Positions 37,690 to 50,925 of a stretch of DNA of 64,000 bases are shown here, one piece after another. Numbering within the stretch: the first letter of the stretch is position 1; every line of letters starts with the position of its first letter. The notes under the pieces were generated by a model. The model had not been told where the DNA came from and made no database searches. It worked only from the letters and a program-made list of their open reading frames with translations. A program made the position numbers and the translations under genes. This DNA comes from Dicyema japonicum (lineage: Eukaryota; Animalia; Dicyemida): the NCBI GenBank assembly GCA_011109175.1, contig RDEW01000060.1:59206-123205 (forward strand), in the 5' to 3' direction.

Positions 37690-40600
37690 CTTATTCGTAT
37701 TTTTTGGGAACACTCAATTGCAGAGGACTTTAACAACCTCACAAGAATCACCAACTGATATGCGACCTAGCCACAAGAAAAGGATAGAACCTGGCCTATG
37801 AAGATCTCTGATGTAAACCTTCATAATAACTAAAAATCGACGTGAGGTCAGATGATATTTTTAATTAAGACGTCCCAATGACCAGGTCCTTTAAATTTCG
37901 TAATGGTCAACTTCTTTGCACACAAAGGAGACGGATTTCCAGGAAGACCAAGAACTACACTTCCGACTATCTTGAACAAGACCTATCGACGGTTGGGATG
38001 AGACTAATTTCGGCGACGATATGGACTACCGTAGAGAACTAATTTTGATTTTAATAAGGATGAATTTTTGAATCTTTTTACATTAATCTTTTGTCAAATC
38101 ACTACGACAATATCCACCCCCAAAATCCTAAAATCACTCTTGTATCGTTGACACAAGGCACATATCCACCAGTGGGACCAAACAGCATCTGCAATCGAGC
38201 TTCCCTTTCTGAACCCACTCTGTCCAGGCGACTAAAATTCATAAACATAAAAAGATATCAGACTAAGAAATATCAAAAATTGTATCTTCTTCAATATTCC
38301 CATAATGTCACAGGTTTTAGATTTTTTATCGCTCCCTTGTTTTTTCTGGTTTATGTCGAAGAATCAAAATTCCATCAGCAAGTTTCAAGGGAGAACGTGT
38401 CTCAAATACTTTATTGAAAATCTCTGTAATGAGAATCGTCGCCTGGTGCATACTTGATGATTGTCTGGTCCTGCTGCCCTGTTGTCGATTAATAAAATGA
38501 TTGCCAGATTAGTTTCCTCTGTTATCAGGATAAATGTAATTAAAATTCTCAGTTCTTTCTTTATTATTCAATACATAATAAAGTATTGATATTAGGTCTA
38601 TTATTATTAAGACCGGATACACTGAGAAAAATGTGATTATTAATACTCCACAGGATCACAAAATTAAGATCTAATAATGTGTATCAAATATTCTATAGGC
38701 TGATGATCGAAGTAGGTCAAGAGTATTGTAATTCTCTCCGAAAAAAACAGGTTTTGATCAACTAGTGCTGTCTGTGTCTCATGGAAACTTACTTTTGTGA
38801 GTCGATGTTAATAGGTTTATGATTTAATTGATCATTCTTTCTTTGTTGTGTGACTATACAAGCTGTGTATGCCTGTGTAGTTGATCAGCTTTGTGTTAGA
38901 TGTAATAAAACGAAGATCATTCCTTGGTTCTACGATTAGTTAAAATTAACTGTTCTTTACTTAAATAAAGTGTGTGTCCTGCCAATGCGGAGCTATAAAT
39001 ATGCTGGCTCTCATGAAAAAGCTGTTATTATTATTTTATTAACAACAAAATTACGAGAAAAATGATAAAGTTATCGTTGAATTAAGTGATCCCGGTGACC
39101 ATACCAGTCCTTTTCCTGCGGTTAGTTTTGAATTCTTGGATTTATCTGATCGGGTTTATTCTAATATCTCGAGCAAGGTTTTATATATAGTTTGATGTCG
39201 CAATTGTCGCAATTGTCGGGTGACTTTCCCATTTTGAGAAAGTCCAGGTGACGGTATACCTTGATTGAATGACGTTCAGTGTACTCCGTAGAAACTAAGT
39301 GGACGTCTTTTTAGACGATCTCAGTAGTAATCTGAGAAATCGATTTTGTAAAACCGCCAGCGTGCTCTGTCCGATATTGACAAGGTGGCACTCCATGCAG
39401 TACTGGCAGACTCGATACTAGGTACAACAAATTGTTTGCATAAAAGCTCTAAAGATAGGTGGGAAGATTTGAGAGTGAGTAAATGCCTTATTATTTATTA
39501 TTATTATAAGCACTTATCGCTGTGTCATAGGACTTGACAAAGCATGTGCAACACGAGTTTGCAAATCACTGATTAGTTTCATCCACTTCCTCCTATTCAA
39601 AGCCGCAGTGCGTAACCAGTCCAGATCCTCTCCACTTGCAAGTTGCCGTCCCATTTCTTTGAGTTCCTCGTCGTGAACGACTGCCAGTGTCATCCTTGGG
39701 CGACGACGGAAACGGGGGGCCTCCAACATGAAGTAATCCTCCATGGCTACGTTCGCGGAGGCATCTAGGTCCAGTCGCAGAATATGGCCGAAAAGCCTCC
39801 ATCGTGTATCCAGAATCTCATTAGAAATTTCTAAGTTCTTCGTCCTCTTATAGAGAAGATTAGATGACATCCTCGTATCAGTTCTTTCAAACATCAAATG
39901 CCGTAGTTAGTCTCTATGAAATGCATTAAGCCTCTTCAGTTCTTTTCTTGAGCAGGCCCAGGTACCAGCGTTATATAGTAGTATGGGTTCCACTAGCGAG
40001 CTGTATAATCGAGTAAATGCCTTGAGAATTCCAATTTTGTTTGGATCCTTGGGCTTACTAGGTACACCTAATGAGTGATTTATATATTAATCAGAATAAT
40101 TCAAAAATATAATTATTTATTAATTTTTGTATTCAATTGTGTTCCAATGGTGCTGTATATGTCTGTTTTTACCAGTTTGCTAACAAATCCTGAGGGCCGT
40201 CCTACAGAGAAAATAGAAGATAGAAAACAATTACAAGTGTGTCTTCAGGACTACAAGATGTCAATGGAACTAGCAAACGATCTCCTGTGGGAAATGCTAC
40301 TGCACAACTCCTGTCTTTCATCATTAATCACTGAGATTCAATCTGATAATAAGATCAAGTAGATCTCAATGGTTGTCAATTCTGCGAAATGGAGATTCGT
40401 GAAAATGCATCGGTGTTGATGGATTATCATCGCCCAGCAATTCAATACTCGTTTCTTCACTCATAAATGTGTACTCTTCTTTAGAAAACGAGAATTTTAA
40501 GAAGTGAATCAGACAAATAAGCAACTAATATAATGCTTTTGAAAGATAACGCGGAGAAGAGAATTGCCAAATTTAAAAAAATTTCTGCATTCATGAATTT

Positions 40601-41000
40601 ACTAAGAAGCAGTCAAAGAAAGAAAACGAGAATACTTTTTATGTTTTATGCTCGTTTGAATTCACGAAATCAAAGAAGGGTGAATTGAGAAGACTCTCTA
40701 CCCTAATTGAATACAAAATCAAGATCATGGAGAAAAAAAGTTTTAGCCGGCTCAATAATACTGTGTTTATCTGCAGGATCCTCACTGCAAAAGCAATTTA
40801 CCGTCGGAAAGCTTTCGAAGGATTGCACCTCTCACTCGCTAAGTGTCCGAGAGTGTCTGTGTCGGCTTCACATGGTTTTAGAAGTTGTAGGTGATCTCTT
40901 TGGAGTCTAGAATAAGTTCCGTTAGAAGAATGTGTGGACCTTCTCTCTACTAATGAAATAAGTGATTCTCTTCGTTCCACCTCCTACGGGGTATGTATAG
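37690..41000. repeat. ~3.3-kb block duplicated in inverted orientation at ~54400-57350; partial third inverted copy at ~42833-44065
   Basis: Colinear reverse-complement matches; the block is built of RTE (GRPRT at ~37945; QSGFRKG on - at ~38215), Jockey and CRE fragments. Confidence 0.85.
39490..40010 (-). mobile_element. 5'-truncated RTE family 2 insertion with 13-bp TSD GAGTAAATGCCTT
   Basis: RWRLFGHILR..RPRMT; (TAA)n tail; TSD at 39477-39489 and 40011-40023; empty site at 55361-55372. Confidence 0.9.
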
Positions 41001-41070
41001 CGTTAATGGGGGATAAAATAATCGTACCCATTTCTTAGAATCGTCCGAATCGAATGCCTTTTCAATGCAC
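40760..41070 (-). mobile_element. Decayed CRE 5'-region fragment
   Basis: CSCIEKAFDSDDSKKWVRLF resembles [20 protein letters not shown] of the 5383 ORF. Confidence 0.75.
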
Positions 41071-42034
41071 GAACATAGACTTAGGGCGGTTGAAATGAAG
41101 AAAAACATTGCTGTCATTATCTTCCGTACTCTAATGTGGCTTTGCACAATTCACTCACTCATAGATGATTTAACAGCTTCGTATGGGTAAAATCCATTTG
41201 TAAAAAAGGGTGATTTCAGGATGAGGAATTTTTCCTGACTTCATGGTACCCACACAGTATTGATGTTGGCCAGTAAGAGCAAGGGTCATCTCACGTTTAA
41301 TCTGATCAGTGACGGAAGTATTAAGGATTTCTTTAATATTGGTGGAATTTTGTATTTGCATATCGAGTGGCTTAAAATTGGGTTATTGACTCAATTGTGT
41401 GGTCCCGAATGCTTCAACTCTGCTATAAAGATATTATCTTCCCGGGATAACGTGCATTTTATAAAATTGGTCGTTGATAATGCATACTCAGTCTATGGAA
41501 CTACTTGTCCTGCTATTTCTCAATTATCCAAATCTTATAGTAAGGTTTTTGGATTATACTCTCTAGTCTGTTCTCTAATTAGTATGGAGTATTGTTTCAG
41601 AGCCGAATTTCTTGAAAAATAAACATATTGAGCGCTGCAGAATAACTTAAGCTCAAAATCAAACGGCCACGTCCTATAGGGGGTGAGTTTATCCATCCTG
41701 ACCAGTAGAGGCAACCTTCAATGAAGTACAAGTTTCACTTCAAATCTCAAAAGGTATAACTCAGATATACCAAAATTCTTGAACGAGTTTTAATAAAATT
41801 AATTTAAGAAAATCTTTCTTTTTTGTGCCAAGGAATATGACAGAACGTCAAAAAAATTTCTTAGTAACAAAGTCTAATTTCGTGTTGAAGTTCTTTTTAA
41901 TCATAATGTTTCTTAATGTATAGTTGATTCTTAACATATGTGGTCATTGATTTATCTACTATAAATTGAGAATGTAGAATATTATTTTTATTCAAAAATA
42001 GGATTTTTTAACAAGAAATCAAATGTCAGTTGAG

Positions 42035-42240
42035 GAAGCCGGCTGCGTGGATGGCGAACGAGTTTCCTCGGAGTATGGGCATTCCAATCTTCTGTCTCAG
42101 CCATAATCCTTCTCTTTAATGCCTTTTCTTTCTGGCAAGAATTCCTTCTAGTTCTCGGAAGAACTCAGCCGTCATTGGACTAACGGCTCCCGATGATTCG
42201 ATGGAAACAGGAGTAATCGGTAGCGTTCCCAGATGTAAAT
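42035..42240 (-). mobile_element. 3' end of a second CRE-like family
   Basis: PVSIESSGAVSPMTAEFFREL...WLRQKIGMPILRGNSFAI. Confidence 0.7.
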
Positions 42241-42269
42241 ATATTTCTTAATTTTTAGGACCTTGTGGA

Positions 42270-42810
42270 ATATCAAATGTCTACCGATTCATGATTAAGT
42301 GTCACCTTACAATGGAGACTATAGATGGTACATATGTAAGAGACAATATCCATAATGTTTTTAGTCGCTCGGCTGACATATAATTCGATATTTGCCATAG
42401 TGCTCATTAAGGGTACAAATAACTTTCGTCTCTTGTAGGCACTTAACAGATAGGTCGTATCGCTCCAGGTCGTCACAGAGAATCTTCCTCGACCTAGTCG
42501 TAGATAAGCATCTGGAATTGAACGTAAGAACCTTTAGACGAAATCCATCTTTTTGTGTCCATTGCCTTTTAGAGATTTTTCACAATTGAGATTCAATCAA
42601 GAAACGAGGCGCGTCACCACCTCACCTAAAAACACGTTTATCGAGCCAATACTAATATACAATTCCGGAACACGGAGAACCTCAAAAACGATTTAGAGAG
42701 GCGATATACTTGTCACAGAAGCCAACTGCGTTTACTCACTGAAACCTTCTGTCTGAGAAAAATCTCAAACGAGTAACAATCAACTCCATGTAAATCAACT
42801 CCAATTAGTA
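42270..42810 (-). mobile_element. RTE family 1 5' fragment (UTR and APE start)
   Basis: Reverse-complement match to ~10010-10330 and direct match to ~49630-49905. Confidence 0.8.
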
Positions 42811-44502
42811 TGGACGTAACAATCTGAACAGCAACTCACAAAAGTAAGTTTCCATAAGACACAGAAAGTCGCTAGTTTATCAAAACCTGCTCTTTCGGAG
42901 AGAATTCCATTGACCTCTAAAATGCTCCTGACCTACTTTGGTCATCAGCTTATAGAATATTGGATACACATTATTAGATTTTAACTTCGTGATCCAGTGG
43001 AGTATATATAATCACATTTTTCTCGGTCATCCGGAATTAAAAATAATAATAGACATAATATCAATACTTATTATGTATTGGATAATGAAGAAAAAACTGA
43101 GATTATTGGCGAACATTTATCAGGAATTTTGAATGTAAATGAAACCTCATATATGGAGCTATTTGAGAATAACCAGAAAGCCTGAATCTACCATATTTAT
43201 CATATCTACAGAGGAAACTAATCTGTCAATCATTATATTATCGACAACGTAGCAGCAGGACCAGACAATGATCAATTATGCACCAGGCGAAGATTTTCAT
43301 GACAAAGATTTTCAATAAAGTATTTGAGATACATTCTCCCTTGAAATTTGCTGATGGAATTTTGATTTTTAGCATAAACTAAAAAAAACAAGGGAGCGAT
43401 AAAAAATCTAAGACCTGTGACATTAATGGAATATTGAGGAAGATATAATCTCTGATTTTCTTAGTCTGATATATTCTAATGTATATGAATTTTTGTCGCC
43501 GGGACAGAGTGGGTTAGAAAGGGACGCTCGATTGCAGATGCTGTTTAATCCCACTGGTGGATATGTGCCGTGTGTCAACGATACAAGAGTGATTTTAGGA
43601 TTTTGGGAGTGGACATTGTCGTATTGATTTGACAAAAGATTAATGTAAAAAGATTCAAAGATTAATCTTTATTAAAATCAAAATTTGTTCTCTACGATAG
43701 TCCATATCGTAGTCTCATCCCAACCGTCGATAGGTCTTGTTCAAGATAGTCGGAAGTGTTGTTCTTGGTCATCCGGAAGTATTGTTCTTGGTCATCCGGG
43801 AAATTAGTCTCCTTTGTGTGCAAAGTAGTTGACCATTACGAAATTTGAAGGACTGGTCATTGGGACGTTTTAATTAAAAATATCATCTGACCTCACGTCG
43901 ATTTTGATTTATTATGAAGGTTTACATCAGAGATCTTCATAGTCATGTTCTATCCTTTTCTTGTGGCTAGTTCGCATATCAGTTGGTGGTTCTTGTGAGG
44001 TTGTTTAAGTCCTCTGCAATTGAAAGTTCCCAAAGAATACGAATAAGACATAGTTCAATAGAGATATTGTCACCACTTCAACCAATTCAGCACAATACTT
44101 CTAAATAATTTCAACTTCTTAAAAATAAATTTAAGGTTTGCAGCTAGAAATCTTATTTACGTCAAGTGTCAAGCATGAAAAAGTTTACTAAGCCTATATT
44201 ATTAGCAGCTCTATCAAGCTACTAAATAACCATTCGTTTCATTTGAAATATTTTCTTAAAAATAGTAGATTAAAAGAGAATAACGTCCTATGAAATTTAT
44301 CAGGTCTAATTTTAATTTGTATATTAATGTAAAAAAAATTTTATGAAATTGAATCAAGTAAGAAAACAGGAATCAAGTTAAAGAAAATATCTGTCAAGGA
44401 ACCACGATAATTGATTAATCTCATTTGCCATCATAAGGGTTGATAAGTGATTGTTTAAGTAAATTAAACAATTAACCCAATTTAACCGAAAGAGAATCAT
44501 AA

Positions 44503-46826
44503 TTAGTTTAACTTAAAGAATGGCTTAGCGAAGAGTGATTAATTCAGGGATTTCATTTTGATATAAATATTGTCAATGACTGCAGTACGTATTATAAATA
44601 TAATCAATGACAACAGTAGTCCGACAACTCCACATACGATTCCAATTATTTGATGTTTCGTCAGTTTTTTTACAAATATACTTTCAGAAGATATTAATTC
44701 TTCAAAACTTATTTCATTTAAAATTTAGTCGGTTTTATTACGATGTTTAAATATGGTTTTTTGTCTTTAATTTCATTCGATGTTGGTTCTTCAAAGCATC
44801 CTTTATCTAAAATTCTGCCGGATTTATTTACCATCTCCAATAAATTCAAAACTCAGATCATTGCGGAAAAATTGTAATTTAAGAGATGAAATTTCGATAG
44901 TCACATTTTTATAGTTTTGTGAGATGAATGCACATTGATAATATCCTCCCATTTTAATTTGTTTAAATTGCTTTTCAAGTAAAACACATTTATCTCTTTC
45001 ATGTCCAACACAAACATAAAAATTATTAATAATATATTTTCCTTCATTTAGTTTATCCGCCGTAATAAATATTTTTGATTTTACACCATTCAATATNTTG
45101 TGAGATGAATGCACATTGATAATATCCTCCCATTTTAATTTGTTTAAATTGCTTTTCTAGTAAAACACATTTATCTCTTTCATGTACAACACAAACATAA
45201 AAATTATTAATAATATATTTTCCTTCATTTAGTTTATCCACCGTAATAAATATTTTTGATTTTACACCATTCAATATCTCCTCATAACCGTGGGGTTTCT
45301 AGCCCAATTGGAACCCTTAGATACACGAGAGACGATTGGAAGAGGTCAGTTAGATTCATTATTTCATTACCTTCTGGTAATCACTTGTTGGGAAGACAAA
45401 TATATTTGACACCTTTTCTGGTTCAGATTGCTGACGACGACACACTCACCTGGAAACGTGGAAGACGCAGCGGAGGGTTGGGAAAATTCTAAAGTACGAA
45501 TTTCTCATAGAAAACTACCATTTCATTCTTAATTCATTAAGCCACTTAATGAATCATCTCTCCAATATCGGAGTGAAGATCGCTTAGTAGAGGTGCGAAC
45601 CCCAAGAAGGACTTTGGTTGAGACAGAGACTCGAACTAACGGTGAACAGAATATACACTTGCGCAATCTTTTTATCATATTTTTTCTCTAATGTTCTTTT
45701 TTGGTAATTAAAGTGAGGGTTTCCCATTTATAAATGTGGAAACAACACATACTACACTTTACAGAGAGGAAATTCCATCTGTCCTCAGGTTTTTGAAAAC
45801 TTAAAAAACCAGCCGATTGAGTTTTAATTAAAGATCTGATTCATTGTTTTTATGTATCTGATTCATCTGATTCATCGGTAATAGGGGTTGCAGAATCAAA
45901 TCCTTCGTATCTCTATTCTCCAAATTCCTATCGCTGACGAAGATGAAGTTTTGTAGAACTACATTACTCGTGCGACTATTGAATAAGGATCCCCCACTGT
46001 TACCTACAATCCACCACAACGAATGTTGATGGTCACAAAAAATGCGGCAATATTGAGTTTTAATCAATACTTTAATGACACTGTGACGTCAAACCATTCA
46101 ATATATATTTATGGTTTCTGTACACACGTGTTAACATATTATAGTGATAATCACTGAAATGCTCTTCTTTTATCTAAGAATCAATGCAAACGTGTACAAT
46201 TTTGTTATTGTCAATATATGATATTTTGATATTTCCACTTATTACTGCTCTGATTCTATTTTTGTTAAATAAAAACCAAATCGACGTATTTGGGTCATTT
46301 TTTGGGTTACAGTCATTAGCTAAATAAATTTTAATAAAAACCTTTTCCAGTAAAATAATACAAACCAGGATGATTAAGATTTTGCAACTTGGTTGAATAA
46401 ATTGTGATAGATAAATTATTCGAAAAACTAATATAAGTATAACCACATCGATAGTAATCTCCATATCTAGTTTTGGGAATCTTTGTAATATTTGTATAAC
46501 GTTTACTACCTTAGTACAACAAAAAGCGTACCATAATCAATTTCAGTTATAAAGTCAATAGTATAAAACTCACTGTAAAAATGTGGAATAAGTTTAAAAT
46601 TTATATTATATTGAAAAAAACTATACATTCCATAAGTTTTCCAGCAATCTATATCTGTATTCCAATTTAAAAACCATAACCGATATTCCTTAAGTTAATG
46701 TAATATATACTTTATAAGGATTCTTATAAATTAGATATGAATCAATTAATATTAATTCCGATCGGATTTTATTTTGACGATTTTGCTTAACAGAATAAAT
46801 ATGATAAAATTTATAGTTCTGTTCAT
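44503..46826 (-). pseudogene. LAMP-like copy 3 (type-B tail); stop in exon 1; interrupted by an 815-bp insertion
   Basis: Colinear with the intact copy; in-frame TAA near 46750; N-join duplication at 45098. Confidence 0.8.
45278..46092. mobile_element. 815-bp unclassified insertion with 12-bp TSD ACCATTCAATAT
   Basis: TSD at 45266-45277 and 46093-46104, inside LAMP-like exon 5. Confidence 0.75.
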
Positions 46827-47564
46827 GTAATCTAAATTTTATTAGGTCAATTTTTATTTTATTTAAATTTTTAACATGATTTTTTATTATTTTTATTTAA
46901 TATCTATAATAAATATAGTCAGACGTTTACAAAAACTGATACAACCCAAATCAAGATTTACGAACTCTGTAGACATACAAAAAAACTCGGGTCAAAAGTG
47001 ACGCTGAGGATATTAGTCCAAGGAAAATCGTGGCCACTATATACTTCAAAAAATGTACAATATCTGGATAAGAAAGAGTAATGTATCACTGAAACTTTCT
47101 TGTCAACCAAGGAAAATCGTGGCTACTATATACTTCAAAAAATGTACAATATCTGGATAAGAAAGAGTAATGTATCACTGAAACTTTCTTGTCAAACTAT
47201 ACGACACGCTTATTATGTATTTAAGCACTTCACGAAAGCCATACTAATTATAGCCCCGCATGTTCAGCAAAAGAAACAAGGTTAGATGTCATCCTTCTCC
47301 ATGCTCACCTGTTCCTAGCCAAGGCTCACATGATGTCCAGATCGTCGGCATTTATTACATTTTTTTAATATTGACCAGGTCTTTNACCCAAATCAAGATT
47401 TACGAACTCTGTAGACATACAAAAAAACTCGGCTCAAAAGTGACGCTGAGGATATTAGTCCAAGGAAAATCTTGGCTACTATATACTTCAAAAAATGTAC
47501 AATATCTGGATAAGAAAGAGTAATGTATCACTGAAACTTTCTTGTCAAACTATACGACACGCAT

Positions 47565-49905
47565 ATTATGTATTTAAGCACTTCACGAAAGCCATACTTA
47601 TTATAGCCCCGCATGTTCAGCAAAAGAAACAAGGTTAGATGTCATCCTTTTCCATGCTCACCTGTTCCTAGCCAAGGCTCGCATGATGTCCAGATCGTCG
47701 GCATTTATTACATTTTTTTGATATTGACCAGGTCTTTTTGTAAGACTATTTACAGTATTGTTCTTGGTCTTCCACGATAGCGTCTTTGTTGACTAACATA
47801 GTATGTTTCCATCGATATGTTAGGTGGGGATGTTAATTCAATCCTCAGCACGTGTCCGAAGAATTTCCATCGGGATTCCAGTACTTCTAAGCTGATAGGT
47901 ATAAAGCTGCATCTCTTATATAATGCATTCTTCGATATTCTCGTTGGCTAAGTAGTTCCTGTTATTTTTCTCAGCTGACTTCTGTGGAACGAGTCGAGTT
48001 TTTCCATATCCGCTGATGAGATCGCCCAAGTTCCAGCTTTATATAAAAGTACGGGTTATATGAATGAGTCGTATAATAGGATTCTCATTTTCGTGTCGAT
48101 GCCTTTTTGATTGAGCTATAGATTCTTCAGTTTATATAACTCAGCATTGGCTAGAGTTTTCCTACGTAAGATATCTTCGCTATCTCTCAAAAGTGGACTG
48201 AGTTTCTTTACTTATCTTCTAGGACGTTGCTCATCCTTCTTATCTCTGTGAGTTCTGATTTCTCTCTGTTCACAGTAGAACCCATTTCGCTAGTACATCT
48301 GGTGCTTTTTCTAATAGGTTTTCCAAAACATTTTCGTCTTCAGAAATTAAGTCTACATCGTCAGCGTAGATTACTTCTTCCGTCTCGTAGATTACCGCTC
48401 AGGAACATCTGGATGAATAGCCTTCAGGTGCATTTTACTATTCTCCCTTTTGCCAAGACATGCTTCAGCAGCTTACTTGATGGTGTCCTTTGTTTGTTTC
48501 CATGCGTCTTCTAACGTGGAATACACCAATACGTCCTGTATATGAGTCTGAATGTATTTTTGATATTTCTCAGTAGTCTCCGGTTGGGAAATCAGCCTTT
48601 CAGTCGCGTAGTCGCCTCTGATTTTCTCAAATTCGTGATTTTTTGACATTCATGTATTTGATGGCATGTTTATACACTTTACAGAGAGGAAATTCCATCT
48701 TTCCTCAGGTTTTTGAGAACTTGAAAAACTAGACGATTGAGTTTTAATCAAAGATCTGATTCATTGTTTTTATGTATCTGATTCATCTGATTCATCGGTA
48801 ATAAGGGTTGCAGAATCAAATCCTTCGTATCTCTATTCTCCAAATTCGTATCTCTGACGAAGATGGAGTTTTTGTGAACTACATTACTCGTGCGACTATT
48901 GAATAAGGATCCCCCACTGTTACCTACAATCCACCACAACGAATGTTGATGGTCACAAAAAATGCGGCAATTTCGAGTTTTAATCAATACTGATGGCATG
49001 TTTATTCAGGGTGAAGGTCGCAATAACCATCTTGTGGTCGCTAACAGTCATCGAGCATTCATATGAATGAGCGTTTACTAGAAAGTGTTTGGCTTTAGCC
49101 CGGCAAATGACATAATCTATTTGGTTGTATATTGGGACCAGCTTTCTTTCAGAGATCCTTCGCTTCCCCATTCACATAGTTTTGTGGCAGGCAGAAGGCG
49201 TACATGCAGTATTGCATAGAAAAAGGTTGTTTGCCATACGAAAGTGACCAGGTATTGTCCACGGTAGGTTTCTTATTTTACGCCCATGTTATCACAAGTA
49301 AACGTCATCCGGGATATTCTTCATCCTGATTTTTCTAGCGATGAATATTAGTCAAATCCTTAGCAATGAATATTAGTAATGACGACTCATATTCGTATGT
49401 CGTCCGTAACAGTTTTTATTAGAAGTCGTCTAGTTCTGTCGGATCTATTGCTACTCTCCCGCAGTGTAGTGCATAAACATTTACAATTGTCAGAAAACTC
49501 TTCGATAGAGGTAAGTCGTTTAGTCGGATTTTTATAACACAGATCCTGTCATTCACACTCCATATACAGTGGACTACACTTGTCAACTTTGAGTGGATGA
49601 CAAATCCAAGTCCATAATGTTTTGAGTCGCTCGGCTGACATATAATTCGATATTCGCCATAGTTTTCATCACGGGTACAAGTAACTTTCGTCTCTTTTAG
49701 GCACCCAATAGATACGTCGTATCGCTCCAGGTCGTCACAGAGAATCTTCCTCGACCTGGTCGTAGATAAGCCTCTAGTATTGAACGTAAGAACCTTTAGA
49801 CGAAATGCATCCCTTTGTGTCCATTGCCTTTTAGAGATTTTTCTCAATTGAGATTCTATCATAAACGAGGCGCGTCACCACCTTACCAAAAAACACGTTT
49901 ATCAC
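47565..49905 (-). mobile_element. RTE family 1, copy 3 (internally deleted)
   Basis: LKVLTFNTRGL, CLKETK, NQIDYV, SDH; 3' region matches rc of ~12400-13222. Confidence 0.9.
48674..48990. mobile_element. 317-bp insertion (a sub-segment of the 815-bp insert) with 15-bp TSD TGATGGCATGTTTAT
   Basis: TSD at 48659-48673 and 48991-49005; matches ~45753-46070. Confidence 0.8.
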
Positions 49906-50834
49906 CAAAATCTTTGTACGTTAACAACCACCTCACCAAAATCTTTGTACGTTAACAAACTAAATGATAGACTATCCTACAATGTATTGACGAAAAATTT
50001 AAGTAAAAAAGAATGATAGTGACTTAAGATGGTCGGCAATGCATCATTTGAAATTCATCAAATAAATTAGATAATAACAAAATTTATAATTTAGTATCAA
50101 TATATAAAATCCAAATAATTGACATGAATGGTTTTACTCGAAAATGTAAGAAATTGATCGATGATAATTCTTGCATTTGTAGTAAACCCTCCAATGAAAT
50201 GAGGATTTATTTGATAATTTTTGAGTAACGTCTTTTGCACTTTATGCTGTTTCCTGATGGACTTTTTTCTTTAGAAGTGGAAACAAAATTCACTTAATTA
50301 GTTGTTTACTTTACTTCATATTCGGTGTATCCGGGGGTAATAAATTAATTTTTTTGAAACTTTTAAGTTTTTACTTTATTTTTTGAAAACCCTAGACCAC
50401 AAAAAAAGAATGGCTAAACCCACTAATTGGGCCATCTCTGTCTCCAATAGCACCCGACGTACACTTGAATGTTCCACCAGCGACTGATCTGTCATACGCA
50501 AGTGCATTCTTTTATGTCTGCAGAAGAATTCTATCCGGGTGCACTTCTTTATTGTCAATTCCTGCATGAGTCACCCTTTCTCTGAATCAGTATCCTAACT
50601 CTTGAAAAAACGTTGGAGACCCAAGCCATTTCTCGGATGGGAGAACTGTCAACATGCATGAGCTAACTGGTGGTAGGATTTCTTTAAGTTATTTTTCTTT
50701 TGAAATCTTCTATCAAAGGTGTGTCAAACATGCGGTTCTCGAAAAGCATAGGTAAGGATTTAATGGTTATAAAAAACAAAAAAAATCATTTTTTACTTTT
50801 AATTAAATTTTTTCAACAGTGTTGGATGACAATG

Positions 50835-50925
50835 GGGTCGATGCACGTGGCATCCAAAACCAATGGCTTCCCCTCCTCGAACGTTAAAATTGTAATTCCG
50901 ACCGGCCGTTTTCCGTCTCCTCTGT
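50835..50925 (-). mobile_element. CRE endonuclease fragment
   Basis: RGDGKRPVGITILTFEEGKPLVLDATC. Confidence 0.75.

Noticed and set aside
40075-41622. ORFs 40075-40362 and 41260-41622 as host genes
   Set aside because: No recognisable motifs; the 40075 frame is not conserved in its duplicate and both lie among TE debris
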